A DNA stretch of 64,000 nt from an uncultured Synergistaceae bacterium (GTDB lineage Bacteria; Synergistota; Synergistia; Synergistales; 79-D21). Location: positions 74,895 to 138,894 of the forward strand of contig CAZFSR010000006.1 of the NCBI GenBank assembly GCA_964521575.1, written 5' to 3'. Positions within the stretch are counted from its first letter, which is position 1, and every line of letters begins with the position of its first letter. Of this stretch, positions 18,336-28,718 are shown piece after piece. The notes under the pieces were generated by a model. The model was given only the letters and a program-made list of their open reading frames with translations. It searched no databases and was not told the DNA's origin. The position numbers and the translations under genes were made by a program.

Positions 18336-19278
18336 CCGTGTAACAAAGCTCCTCGGCACCGAGTTCCCGATTATCCAGGGTGGTATGGCTTGGGTGGCGG
18401 ATGCGGACCTCGCTGCGGCGGTCAGCAACGGTGGGGGCCTTGGGATTATCGCCGCTGCCAACGTTCCCCCCGAGTTGCTTGAACAGCAGATCATTAGGGC
18501 CGGTTCCCTGACGACGCGTCCTTTCGGCCTGAACATCATGCTGCTTTCCCCGACCGCGGATGAAGCGATCGAACTTGCTGCCCGCCACCGAGTGCCCGTT
18601 GTGACGACAGGAGCCGGAGCCCCAGGGCGGGTTATCGACAGGCTAAAGCCTCTCGGGACAACCGTTATCCCGGTTATCGCTTCAGTCGCCCATGCAAGGC
18701 GTGTGGAAAAGCAGGGAGCGGACGCTGTCGTCGCCGAAGGAACCGAGTCGGGAGGGCACATCGGAGAATCCACGACCATGACACTTGTCCCCCAAGTCGT
18801 CGACGCAGTCGGAATCCCGGTCATCGCTGCAGGCGGAGTTGCAGACGGCAGGGGAATTGCAGCGGCTTTCGCGCTCGGCGCAGAAGGCGTACAGGTCGGA
18901 ACGAGATTTGTCTGCTGCACCGAGTGCAATGCTCACCCCCTCTATAAAAAGGAAATCATCGCGGCAGGAGATCGCTCCACCGTCACAACCGGCAGAAGAA
19001 CGGGACACCCCGTCCGATGCCTGAAAAACAAGCTTACGCATGAATTCGACAAGCTCGAAGAGCGTCTTGCCGACATCCATGAATTTGAGGAACTTGGTGC
19101 CGGCAGGCTCCGAAAAGCAGTGGTCGAAGGAGACGTCGAATGGGGATCCGTCATGGCCGGTCAAATTGCCGGGTTGATCCGCGACGTCCAACCTGCCGCG
19201 AAGATCATCACAGAGATGTTTGCCGAGGCTGAAGAAATTATTCGGGGACTTGCAGCCAACCTTGAGAGCAAGGGGTGA
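18322..19278 (+). CDS. fabK: Enoyl-ACP reductase II (FabK; FMN-dependent, NPD/nitronate monooxygenase fold)
   Basis: LLGTEFPIIQGGMAWVADADLAAAVSNGGGLGIIAA; AEGTESGGHIG; sits in FASII operon context. Confidence 0.85.
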   Translation: MFKNNRVTKLLGTEFPIIQGGMAWVADADLAAAVSNGGGLGIIAAANVPPELLEQQIIRAGSLTTRPFGLNIMLLSPTADEAIELAARHRVPVVTTGAGAPGRVIDRLKPLGTTVIPVIASVAHARRVEKQGADAVVAEGTESGGHIGESTTMTLVPQVVDAVGIPVIAAGGVADGRGIAAAFALGAEGVQVGTRFVCCTECNAHPLYKKEIIAAGDRSTVTTGRRTGHPVRCLKNKLTHEFDKLEERLADIHEFEELGAGRLRKAVVEGDVEWGSVMAGQIAGLIRDVQPAAKIITEMFAEAEEIIRGLAANLESKG

Positions 19279-19282
19279 TTGC

Positions 19283-20245
19283 ATGCGCTACGCACTCGTT
19301 TTTCCCGGCCAGGGAGCCCAGGAGGTGGGGATGGGGAAAGCCCTCTACGAAAGCACCCCTGTCGCGAAGGAAGTTTTTGATGCGGCAGACCGAGCCCTTG
19401 GCTACCCATTGACACGAACCATCTTCGAAGGACCCGAAGAAGAGCTGACACGAACGGAAAACGCACAGCCCGCGATCCTGGCCGTTTCAATCGCCACGAA
19501 AGCCGTTATCGAAGAAATATTGGGGTATCCGCTCTCGCCGAGTCTGGTGGCGGGACATAGCCTTGGGGAATACACTGCGCTTGTCGCAGCCGGAACCTTG
19601 ACTCTGGAAGACGGTATCAGGCTTGTCCACCTTCGTGGGAAGTGGATGCAGGAAGCGGTTCCGGTCGGGAAAGGGGCCATGGCTGCGATCCTCGGGCTTG
19701 ATTCCGACCTTGTGGAACAGGCATGCAGTGAGGCCAGGCTTGACCAGGTGTGCAGCCCGGCCAATTTCAATGCACCCGGCCAAATCGTGATTTCCGGGCA
19801 TTCCGAAGCCGTTGCTCGCGCCGTTGAAATCGCTCGCAGGCTGGGAGCCAAGAGAGCGATCCCCCTTAAAGTCAGCGCCCCATTCCATTGCAGTTTGATG
19901 GAGCCGGTCGCGGACAGACTGACTGACGCTTTTTCGGCTTGTACCTGGCGATCACCCTCCTGCCCGCTTGTCAATAACGTGTCCGCAGCGGTCGTATCTG
20001 GGACGGAAGAAATCAGGCAAGCGCTTCGCAGCCAAACCTACAGCCCCGTCCGATGGCTGGAATCGGTACAGGAAATGGAACGCCACGGTATCACGCACTT
20101 TCTTGAAGTCGGCCCCGGTAATGTTCTTTCGGGCCTTATCCGAAAAGGAAGCCGCAATTCCGTCACATTCGACACGTCCACGCAGGAGGGGCTTTCCAAG
20201 ATAGTGGATGCGTTGCGGGGAAAGGAGAGTGAACCCGTTGAGTGA
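19283..20245 (+). CDS. fabD: Malonyl-CoA:ACP transacylase
   Basis: FPGQGAQEVGMG and the active-site motif GHSLGEYTAL. The start was trimmed to ATG 19283. Confidence 0.93.
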   Translation: MRYALVFPGQGAQEVGMGKALYESTPVAKEVFDAADRALGYPLTRTIFEGPEEELTRTENAQPAILAVSIATKAVIEEILGYPLSPSLVAGHSLGEYTALVAAGTLTLEDGIRLVHLRGKWMQEAVPVGKGAMAAILGLDSDLVEQACSEARLDQVCSPANFNAPGQIVISGHSEAVARAVEIARRLGAKRAIPLKVSAPFHCSLMEPVADRLTDAFSACTWRSPSCPLVNNVSAAVVSGTEEIRQALRSQTYSPVRWLESVQEMERHGITHFLEVGPGNVLSGLIRKGSRNSVTFDTSTQEGLSKIVDALRGKESEPVE

Positions 20246-20984
20246 TACCAGAAAAGTAGCCCTTGTCACGGGTTCCGGGAAAGGGATCGGTCGAGCTGTG
20301 GCGGTTGCGCTGGCTAAGAAGGGAGCAGCTGTTGCCGTTAACTACAGCCGTTCCGAGGAGGCGGCCATGGAAACGGCAGAAATAATACGCAAAGAAGGCG
20401 GTGAATGCGGCGTCTTCAAGGCGGACGTTTCCAGAACGGAAGAGGTTCGCGCCCTTTTCGAGGCAACGAAGGCTTCCCTAGGCCAGGTTTCGATCCTGGT
20501 GAACAATGCCGGGATGACTCGAGACTCCCTTCTTGTCAGGATGAAGGACGAGGACTGGCGCGACGTCCTGTCCCTGAATCTAGAGGCAGCGTTCCTCTGC
20601 TCTCGGGAGGCCGTTCGAGACATGGCGCGGGCCCGTTGGGGACGAATCATCAATGTCAGTTCCGTTGTCGGCCTCATCGGAAACCCCGGACAGGCAAACT
20701 ACTGCGCTTCCAAGGCCGGCTTGCTGGGCCTCACGAAGTCGATTGCCCGGGAATACGGAATGCGCGGGATTACTGCAAATGCCGTTGCACCCGGCTGGAT
20801 AGAAACCGACATGACGGCTTCCCTGAAAAACGAAATCCGAGAATCAATGTTGAGATCCATCCCCGCCGGAAGGCCGGGACTTCCCGAAGATGTCGCATCC
20901 GTCGTCGCGTTCCTTGCTTCGGAGGAGGCATCCTACGTCAACGGCCAGACAATTGCCGTGGACGGCGGGATGACGATGGTTTAA
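20238..20984 (+). CDS. fabG: 3-oxoacyl-ACP reductase
   Basis: SDR motifs TGSGKGIG, NNAG, YCASKAG. TTG 20238 lies 10 nt after GGAG; GTG 20229 is an alternative start. Confidence 0.92.
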   Translation: MSDTRKVALVTGSGKGIGRAVAVALAKKGAAVAVNYSRSEEAAMETAEIIRKEGGECGVFKADVSRTEEVRALFEATKASLGQVSILVNNAGMTRDSLLVRMKDEDWRDVLSLNLEAAFLCSREAVRDMARARWGRIINVSSVVGLIGNPGQANYCASKAGLLGLTKSIAREYGMRGITANAVAPGWIETDMTASLKNEIRESMLRSIPAGRPGLPEDVASVVAFLASEEASYVNGQTIAVDGGMTMV

Positions 20985-21010
20985 AGTCATTTGGAAGGAG
21001 GTGAAGCACG

Positions 21011-21262
21011 ATGAAAAAGGAAGAGATTCTCTCCAGGCTTAAGGAAATCGTGATCGACCGGCTGGACGTGGAGGAGGGCCAGATCAAGAATGAGGCTTCC
21101 TTCATCGAAGACCTCGGTGCCGATTCACTCGACATCGTCGAGTTGATTATGGGCATCGAAGAGGAATTCGATATCGAGATCCCCGACGAGGACGCCGAGA
21201 AACTCACGACCGTCGGAGAAGCACTCAATTACGTTATCGGCAAGCTGGGCGTCGAGGAGTAA
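21011..21262 (+). CDS. acpP: Acyl carrier protein
   Basis: 83 aa; [20 protein letters not shown] with the phosphopantetheine-attachment Ser. Confidence 0.95.
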   Translation: MKKEEILSRLKEIVIDRLDVEEGQIKNEASFIEDLGADSLDIVELIMGIEEEFDIEIPDEDAEKLTTVGEALNYVIGKLGVEE

Positions 21263-21275
21263 ATTGCTTCAAACG

Positions 21276-21301
21276 GGGCCGGGGATCGCAACCCCCGGCC
21301 C
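21276..21301 (+). terminator. GC-rich hairpin after acpP (partial terminator or processing site)
   Basis: GGGCCGGGG-ATCGCAA-CCCCGGCCC followed by a weak TTTCC tract. Lies between acpP and fabF. Confidence 0.4.
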
Positions 21302-21350
21302 TTTCCGAGGAAAGGCAGATCTTCAGACATTGGAGAAGGAGTGACCCGGC

Positions 21351-22589
21351 TTGAGAAGAGTGGTCATCACCGGGCTAGGAGTTGCGAGCCCTATCGGGAT
21401 CGGCAAGGATGAATATTGGGAGGCGCTTCGTTCAGGCAAGAACGGGGTCGCCCGGATTACGCACTTTGACGCGGAAAATTTTCCCGTGAAAATCGCTGCG
21501 GAGGTTAAGGGCTTCAAGCCCGACGACTGGATGGACCACAAGGAGGCCAGGAGAACCGACCGTGTTATTCACTTTACGATGGCCGCCGGGGAGTTGGCCG
21601 TCAAAGACGGCGCACTGGACGTTTCCAAGCTTGACAAGGAACGTTTCGGTGTCTTTCTCGGAAGCGCGGAAGGCGGAATTTTCACGAGTTACGAAAATAT
21701 CAAGACCCTGATCGAAAAGGGCCCGAACCGAGTGAGTCCCTTCTTTATTCCCATGATGATCAGCAATATGCCTGCGGCCTACCTCGCGATCCGTTACGGC
21801 GCGAAAGGACCGAACATTTGCGTCGTCACCGCGTGTGCTACGGCAACGCATACGATGATCGAGGCCTTCAACACGATCCGGAGGGACGAAGCCGATATTA
21901 TCCTGGCCGGTGGAGCCGAATCGGCCATTTCTCCCCTTGGCGTTGCAGGATTTGCCGCAATTAAGGCCCTTTCGACGCGAAACGATGACCCAGAAGGCGC
22001 TTCAAGACCTTTCGACCGCGACCGGGATGGATTCATCCTTGGAGAAGGCGCCGGCGTCCTGATTCTTGAAGAACTTGGGCACGCCAAGGCCAGGGGAGCG
22101 CATATCTATGCCGAGATCACCGGCTATGGTTCAACTTGTGACGCCTACCATATCACCGCCCCGGATCCCGAAGGCGACGGCGCTGCAAGGGCTATGCGCC
22201 AGGCAGTGGAGAGATCCGGCTGGAAAATCGGTGAAGTCGACCTGATCAACGCTCATGGCACTTCCACCCCTTTGAACGACAAGATGGAATCCAAGGCTAT
22301 ACGAACCGTCTTTGGCGAGCACACGCCCCGCGTGCTGGTCAATTCCACGAAATCAATGATCGGGCATGGTCTTGGAGCAGCCGGAGCTCTCGAAACAATT
22401 GCTGCGATTCAGTCCATTACAGAAGGATTCGTTCACCCGACCCTCAATCTCGAGAATCAGGATCCCGAGTGTGCGATCAACGTCGTCGGGAAAAAGGGAA
22501 TCGAGTATCCCGTCAAGCGCGCGCTGATCAATAATTTCGGCTTCGGCGGCCACAACGGGGTCTTGGCGATTCAGTCCTTTTCCGAATGA
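21351..22589 (+). CDS. fabF: 3-oxoacyl-ACP synthase II
   Basis: VVITGLG; active-site Cys in VVTACATATH; HGTSTPLND; NNFGFGGHN; TTG start. Confidence 0.95.
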   Translation: MRRVVITGLGVASPIGIGKDEYWEALRSGKNGVARITHFDAENFPVKIAAEVKGFKPDDWMDHKEARRTDRVIHFTMAAGELAVKDGALDVSKLDKERFGVFLGSAEGGIFTSYENIKTLIEKGPNRVSPFFIPMMISNMPAAYLAIRYGAKGPNICVVTACATATHTMIEAFNTIRRDEADIILAGGAESAISPLGVAGFAAIKALSTRNDDPEGASRPFDRDRDGFILGEGAGVLILEELGHAKARGAHIYAEITGYGSTCDAYHITAPDPEGDGAARAMRQAVERSGWKIGEVDLINAHGTSTPLNDKMESKAIRTVFGEHTPRVLVNSTKSMIGHGLGAAGALETIAAIQSITEGFVHPTLNLENQDPECAINVVGKKGIEYPVKRALINNFGFGGHNGVLAIQSFSE

Positions 22590-23308
22590 GGCACCGTTTC
22601 GAACAGGCAAGGAAAACCGAAGGACTTTGGGAGGAAAAGCTCCATATTCTCCAGGAGCGGATCGGCTATTTCTTCAAGGATTTTCGGCTTCTTTGCACGG
22701 CCCTGACGCATTCATCGTTCAGGCATGAAGCTGGTATCGAAGAAGACAACGAAAGGCTTGAGTTTATCGGTGACGCAGTCCTGCAGCTGCTTGTTACCGA
22801 AAAGTTGCTTGCCCTTTTCCCGGAAGCCTCCGAAGGGGAATTGACCAAGAAAAGATCGGCCCTTGTTTGCGAGGATGCTTTGTTGGAACATGAGAGACAC
22901 TTGAATCTCTACGAATTTATCCGCGTGGGGAAGGGGATGGAGAAACAAGGGAATCGCGCAACTCGATCCGTTCGCGCGGACACCGTAGAAGCCCTTATCG
23001 GTGCAATATATACCGACGGCGGACTTCCCGAGGCGGAAAAATTCTTCAGCAGAACGCTTTTCCCCGAAGACGGATCCCTTAGCGGGTTCAAACCAAACGA
23101 CCCGAAATCCACCCTGCAGGAATTTCTCCAGGCGAGCGGAAAACCTTTACCGGAATATACGCTCATCGAAAGATCGGGGCAGGACGATGCCCCGGTCTTT
23201 GTTGTCGCGATCCGATCCGGAGGAGACATTCTTGCCACCGGTTCCGGGTATTCAAAAAAAGAAGCCGAGTTTGACGCAGCCCGTAGCGCTCTCGAAAAAT
23301 CAAGATAA
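22586..23308 (+). CDS. rnc: Ribonuclease III
   Basis: Signature ERLEFIGDAVL; C-terminal dsRBD (GSGYSKKEAEFDAARSAL); ATGA overlap with fabF. Confidence 0.93.
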   Translation: MRHRFEQARKTEGLWEEKLHILQERIGYFFKDFRLLCTALTHSSFRHEAGIEEDNERLEFIGDAVLQLLVTEKLLALFPEASEGELTKKRSALVCEDALLEHERHLNLYEFIRVGKGMEKQGNRATRSVRADTVEALIGAIYTDGGLPEAEKFFSRTLFPEDGSLSGFKPNDPKSTLQEFLQASGKPLPEYTLIERSGQDDAPVFVVAIRSGGDILATGSGYSKKEAEFDAARSALEKSR

Positions 23309-23318
23309 TTACAACCGG

Positions 23319-23347
23319 TTGCATTTATTTTTTTGCTGACCTATAAT
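23319..23347 (+). promoter_or_regulatory. Sigma-70-type promoter of the pyr operon
   Basis: TTGCAT (23319-23324), 17 nt, consensus TATAAT (23342-23347). Confidence 0.7.
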
Positions 23348-23375
23348 CGCTCAAGGTCTGGGAACCGAGAATCAA

Positions 23376-23410
23376 TCCTTTAAAAGGGTCCTGTGAGGCC
23401 CATAAGGAGG
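23376..23410 (+). promoter_or_regulatory. PyrR-binding RNA element (anti-antiterminator hairpin) in the pyr leader
   Basis: UCCUUUAAAAGGGUCCUGUGAGGCCCAUAAGGAGG. This resembles the PyrR binding loop as I recall it (UCCUU...RUCCAGAGAGGCU...AAGGA), with a UCCUU/AAGGA lower stem and a GUCC...GAGGC core. Confidence 0.65.
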
Positions 23411-23450
23411 GCAAGCCATGAAGGGGTATCCGCGGAGGTCGGCTTTACAC

Positions 23451-24063
<613 letters not shown>

Positions 24064-24069
24064 TCGGCG

Positions 24070-24999
24070 ATGGAATGGAAACATCGACACGTCCTCGACC
24101 TTAAGGACTGGACAAAAGAAGAGATCCTTTTTCTAATGGGTCAAGCCAAGAACATGGACGACCTGATGGACAGGCCGATTCGAAAGGTTCCCGCCCTTCG
24201 CGGCAAGCTTGTGGTCAACCTGTTCTTTGAAGCATCAACACGGACTAGGGTTTCGTTCGAACTGGCGGAAAAGATGTTGAGCGCGGATGTCGTCAACTGG
24301 TCTGCTGGAGGGTCAAGTGTCGGCAAAGGGGAGACCCTGAGAGACACCGCATGGACCCTTGAAGCGATGGGTGCCGATGCCGTCGTTATTCGGCACGGGG
24401 CGGTGGGATCGGCGCACTACCTCTCGAAAAAGCTGCATCGGGCAAGTGTTTTCAATGGCGGAGACGGAGCCTATTCTCACCCCACGCAAGCGCTCCTTGA
24501 CGCCTATACGGCCTGGAAGCATTTTTCTTGCCTCGAGGGGCGAAAAATGGCGATTATTGGCGATGTCCTTCACAGCCGGGTCGCAAGGAGCGATGTAAAG
24601 GTGTTCAAGCAGCTGGGGTGCGAGGTGGTCCTTTCAGGACCTGAAACATTGATGCCGCTGGATGTCGGCGCGCTCGGCGTCAACTACGAACCGGACCCCC
24701 GCAAGGCAGTCAAGGGGGCAGACATGGTATACCTGCTAAGGATCCAAAGAGAGAGACAGGAAGAAGGGCTGTTCCCTTCACTTGACGAATACCACATTCG
24801 TTACGGTGCGGATGAAGAACTCGTTTCGAGAGCCAATGAAGGGGCCCTTGTCATGCATCCGGGGCCGATCAACCGAAGGGTGGAAATCGATTCCAGCATC
24901 GCCGACGGGAGCCAAAGCCGCATTCTTCAGCAAGTCAGAAGCGGTGTGGCAGTCCGGATGGCTCTTCTTTACCTATGCCTTGGAGGTGTAATGGCATGA
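24070..24999 (+). CDS. pyrB: Aspartate carbamoyltransferase catalytic subunit
   Basis: FFEASTRTRVSFE; HPTQALLD; VMHPGPINRRVEI. Confidence 0.95.
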   Translation: MEWKHRHVLDLKDWTKEEILFLMGQAKNMDDLMDRPIRKVPALRGKLVVNLFFEASTRTRVSFELAEKMLSADVVNWSAGGSSVGKGETLRDTAWTLEAMGADAVVIRHGAVGSAHYLSKKLHRASVFNGGDGAYSHPTQALLDAYTAWKHFSCLEGRKMAIIGDVLHSRVARSDVKVFKQLGCEVVLSGPETLMPLDVGALGVNYEPDPRKAVKGADMVYLLRIQRERQEEGLFPSLDEYHIRYGADEELVSRANEGALVMHPGPINRRVEIDSSIADGSQSRILQQVRSGVAVRMALLYLCLGGVMA

Positions 25000-26294
25000 T
25001 TCTCTTCAGGAATGCAAGAATCTTCGATGGCTTTTCCTTCCTGGAAGGCAAAAGGGAAGTCCTTGTTTCGGAAGGCCTGGTCACGTCCGTGGGCAATGAT
25101 TTGCCCGTTGCTCAGGCAGAAATTTTCGACCTGAACGGAAAAGTGCTTGCCCCCGGTTTTATCGACTTGCATTGCCACATGCGCGATCCGGGGTTCGAAT
25201 GGCGCGAAGACATTGCAAGTGCGGCTCAGGCCGCTGCCCGAGGGGGGTTTACGACAGTCGTTTCGATGCCGAACACGGAACCCGCGGTCGATAACGATGC
25301 TCTTGTCCGATACGTTATGGAGAAGGGCGAACGAGCCGGTTACGCGAGAGTCCTTCCGGCGGGAACCGTTACGAAAGGACGGGAAGGGAAAGAGTTGGCG
25401 GAGATGGGCAAAATGGCTGCTGCGGGATGTGTCCTTTTCACCGACGATGGCTCGCCGGTCGGTTCTGCCCGCCTTTTCCGCACGGCCCTGCTTTATGGCA
25501 GGGATCTAGGGGTGAGAATAATGGAACACCCCGAAGAGACCACTCTGACAAAAGGCGGACAGGTGAACGAAGGGCGTTGTTCCGCCATATCGGGGTTAAA
25601 GGGTATCCCGTCCTCCGCAGAAGAAATCGGGGTCTTCAAGGCAATTTCCCTTTGCAGGGAAACAGGGGTCCCGGTGCATGTGACTCACCTGAGCACTCGC
25701 AAGGCCATTTCGCTAGTCCGGGAGGCAAAAAGGGCTTCTCTCCCAGTGACCTGTGATGTCACTCCCCACCATCTTTGCCTTTCGGAAGAGTCCGTGATCG
25801 AATCGGGCTTCGATCCCTGCTTCAAGGTCAATCCGCCGCTCCGCTCGATAGAGGATGTCGAGAGCCTTTGGGAAGCCCTTGGCGACACAACGGTTGATGC
25901 GATCGCCACGGACCATGCTCCCTGGCATCTGGACGAAAAGGACCTGCCCTTCCCCGAAGCACCCTTCGGTATTGCTTCCCTCGAATGTGCCTTTGCTGCG
26001 GTTTATACGGCCTGGATGGAGAGGGGGAAACCGATCGGGCTTGACAGGCTGCTTTCCCTCTTTACGAGCGGCCCGGCCAGGATCCTTCCAAAACAGTGGA
26101 ACGGCCTTGGAAAAATCCGACCGCAGGAAAAGGCAGACCTCGTGGTGCTCGACCCGGAACTCCGCTCCCGTGTTTCAGTATCCGCCTGGAAGAGCAAGGC
26201 CCGGATGACCCCTTGGGAGGGCGCCATCCTGACCGGGTGGCCCGTCATGATTTTCAAAGAGGGACGTCTTGTGTTCGACCGATCAGCGGAGTAG
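24996..26294 (+). CDS. pyrC: Dihydroorotase
   Basis: GFIDLHCHMRDPG; TDHAPW. ATG 24996 lies 9 nt after GGAGG and overlaps the pyrB stop (ATGA). Confidence 0.92.
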   Translation: MILFRNARIFDGFSFLEGKREVLVSEGLVTSVGNDLPVAQAEIFDLNGKVLAPGFIDLHCHMRDPGFEWREDIASAAQAAARGGFTTVVSMPNTEPAVDNDALVRYVMEKGERAGYARVLPAGTVTKGREGKELAEMGKMAAAGCVLFTDDGSPVGSARLFRTALLYGRDLGVRIMEHPEETTLTKGGQVNEGRCSAISGLKGIPSSAEEIGVFKAISLCRETGVPVHVTHLSTRKAISLVREAKRASLPVTCDVTPHHLCLSEESVIESGFDPCFKVNPPLRSIEDVESLWEALGDTTVDAIATDHAPWHLDEKDLPFPEAPFGIASLECAFAAVYTAWMERGKPIGLDRLLSLFTSGPARILPKQWNGLGKIRPQEKADLVVLDPELRSRVSVSAWKSKARMTPWEGAILTGWPVMIFKEGRLVFDRSAE

Positions 26295-26298
26295 CCTC

Positions 26299-27078
26299 AT
26301 GTGCCGGAATGAGCCCGGGCAGTCCGTATTGGAGCGAGAGGCGGTTTTGGCACACAAGGAAACGCTTGGCGGAAATTTGTTCGCCCTCACATTGGAAACC
26401 GTCGATCAAACGCCTTGTTTCGAACCGGGACAATTTGTCATGCTCAGGACCAGTCCTGCACTTGATCCCCTCCTGGGAAGGCCGTTTGCCGTTTGCGGAC
26501 GCCATTCGCACAGACTTGAACTTCTTATAGCGGTAACCGGACGAGGAACACGCCTCCTGGCCCAGCTTCCGCCCGGTGAACGCTTATCGCTGCGCGGGCC
26601 GCTTGGAAAAGGCTTTCCTGTCCTGCCCGGCAAGAATATCCATTGCCTGGCCGGAACCACCGGTATCGCTCCCTTTCTTTTGGCCAGGCCTCTAGAGCCA
26701 AAAATCAAAATTCACCTGGGACTGCCGGGGATAGAGTGGAAAGCGCTGGCGAAATGGGCCTCCGGCAAAATCCCGGGACTTCAACTTTATTCCGAGGACG
26801 GAAATATCGGGACCCGCGGCAATCCGCTTCTTTGTATCGATCATCTCGATCCGGAATCGGACGTGATTTGGGCATGCGGACCGACAGGAATGTTGAAAGC
26901 GGTCAGCATTGAGTGCGATAAGCGGGGGATACAGGCCTGGGTCAGCCTGGAAACGCGAATGGCCTGCGGAATTGGAGGATGCCACGGGTGCGTTGTCCGG
27001 ACGACTGGCGGTCTCCGTAAAACCTGCACCGATGGCCCGGTTTTCCAAAGTCGGGAGGTTTGCTGGAATGACTTCTGA
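26299..27078 (+). CDS. pyrK: Dihydroorotate dehydrogenase B electron-transfer subunit (FAD/2Fe-2S)
   Basis: C-terminal MACGIGGCHGCVV...CTDGPVF 2Fe-2S motif with an FNR-like body. The start was trimmed to ATG 26299. Confidence 0.88.
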   Translation: MCRNEPGQSVLEREAVLAHKETLGGNLFALTLETVDQTPCFEPGQFVMLRTSPALDPLLGRPFAVCGRHSHRLELLIAVTGRGTRLLAQLPPGERLSLRGPLGKGFPVLPGKNIHCLAGTTGIAPFLLARPLEPKIKIHLGLPGIEWKALAKWASGKIPGLQLYSEDGNIGTRGNPLLCIDHLDPESDVIWACGPTGMLKAVSIECDKRGIQAWVSLETRMACGIGGCHGCVVRTTGGLRKTCTDGPVFQSREVCWNDF

Positions 27079-28003
27079 GCAAAGTGTCTCCCGTGTGTCC
27101 ATTGGCAATGTCCTTCTGGAGACGCCCCTTGTGATCGCCTCCGGCACATGGCCGCATGACCCGGGATTTTGGAGAACCCCGGTTAGTGTCGGCGCGGGTG
27201 CGGCTTGCACAAAGGCACTGACGCTCAACGCCAGGGAGGGCAATCCGGGAACCCGGCTCTGGGAAACCCCTTGCGGTCTCCTGAACAGCATTGGGCTTCA
27301 GAACCAGGGAATCGAGCATTTCCTCTCGGAAGATTTGCCCGGGATTTCGGCCGGGGACCTGAGGGTGGTCGCTAACGTGGCCATGGAAACCGAGGAGGAA
27401 ACGGCAGAGGTGCTGTCCCGCCTTTCTCCCTTTTCCGAGCTCCTCGCTGCCGTGGAATTGAACATATCCTGCCCAAACGTCGACGCCGGTGGAATGGCAT
27501 GGGGGTCGGACCCGAAGCTGGCGTCACGAGCAGTCTTGGGAGCCAGGGAAATCTGGAAAGGCCCTTTGTGGGTCAAGCTAACTCCTCAATGCGCTGACAT
27601 CGCCGTCGTCGGGAAAGCTTCCGAAAAAGCCGGCGCGGACGCCCTTGTTGTCGCCAACACCTGGCTTGGAATGGCGATTGACACGAAATGCGAAAAACCC
27701 GTCTTCAGGCGCGGCATCGCGGGTTTATCCGGTCCAGCCGTTTTTCCCCTCGCGCTGAGGCTTGTATGGGAAGTGTCATCGGCAGTTGAAATTCCTGTCA
27801 TCGGCTGCGGTGGGATATCCAAGGCCGATGACGCCATTTCGATGATGCTGGCGGGGGCCAGCGCGGTGGAAATCGGAACCCTCCACTTTGCCGATCTTTC
27901 CTGTTTCCGGAAAATTACGGAAGGCATTCTTGAACACTTGGCCTTGAAAGGCTATTCTTCGCCTATGGAACTGATCGGAAAGGGGAAAAGGAAAGATGTC
28001 TGA
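27068..28003 (+). CDS. pyrD: Dihydroorotate dehydrogenase B catalytic subunit
   Basis: LETPLVIASGT; NSIGLQN; NISCPN; GLSGPAVFPLALR; GCGGI. The start was trimmed to ATG 27068, which overlaps the pyrK end. Confidence 0.93.
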   Translation: MTSEQSVSRVSIGNVLLETPLVIASGTWPHDPGFWRTPVSVGAGAACTKALTLNAREGNPGTRLWETPCGLLNSIGLQNQGIEHFLSEDLPGISAGDLRVVANVAMETEEETAEVLSRLSPFSELLAAVELNISCPNVDAGGMAWGSDPKLASRAVLGAREIWKGPLWVKLTPQCADIAVVGKASEKAGADALVVANTWLGMAIDTKCEKPVFRRGIAGLSGPAVFPLALRLVWEVSSAVEIPVIGCGGISKADDAISMMLAGASAVEIGTLHFADLSCFRKITEGILEHLALKGYSSPMELIGKGKRKDV

Positions 28004-28718
28004 ACCCCGTCATTACCCCCTCATACTCGCGCTAGACATGCATGACCTTCAGGAGGCACGAGAGTTCCTGGCTCCGATGCGTTCCCTCCTTCGCTATGTC
28101 AAGATCGGGCCCCGTTTGTGGGCTCAAGGCGGTGCCCCTTTTGTCGCCGAAGTCGCCTCGCAGGGCTTTGACGTCTTTTTGGACCTCAAGCTCCACGATA
28201 TCCCGAACACGGTCGCCGGCGCAGTGGATGCCTTGTCGGACTTGGGAATTTGGGCTCTTACGCTGCATGCGGGTGGAGGAAAGGAAATGCTTGAGGCTGC
28301 CGTTTCCGCCCGAGACGACGCGGAATCGGAAATGGTCCTCCTCGGGGTCACCGTCCTGACGAGCCATGACCAGTCTTCCTGGAGTCGGGTCTGTCCCGGT
28401 TGCCTCCTGGACGAGGCGATCGTAAGCCGAACCGCGCTTTGTGCTGAAAGCGGGATGGACGGGCTGGTCTGTTCCCCGGTTGACCTGGGCATGGTAAGAA
28501 AGACCGCGGGAGAATCCCTGATCACCGTTGTCCCGGGAGTCAGGCCATGGAAGGTCTCAGACGACCAGAAGCGGACCGCCACCCCAGCGGAAGCCATACG
28601 AAACGGTGCCGATTACATCGTGGTCGGCCGCCCGATCATCCTGGCGGACTCCCCCGAACTGGCCGTCAGCGAAATTCAGGAACAGATCGAGGAGGGGTTC
28701 CGTTGCAGGAAGAACTGA
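27996..28718 (+). CDS. pyrF: Orotidine 5'-phosphate decarboxylase
   Basis: LILALDM; VFLDLKLHDIPNTV; YIVVGRPI. Confidence 0.93.
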   Translation: MSEPRHYPLILALDMHDLQEAREFLAPMRSLLRYVKIGPRLWAQGGAPFVAEVASQGFDVFLDLKLHDIPNTVAGAVDALSDLGIWALTLHAGGGKEMLEAAVSARDDAESEMVLLGVTVLTSHDQSSWSRVCPGCLLDEAIVSRTALCAESGMDGLVCSPVDLGMVRKTAGESLITVVPGVRPWKVSDDQKRTATPAEAIRNGADYIVVGRPIILADSPELAVSEIQEQIEEGFRCRKN

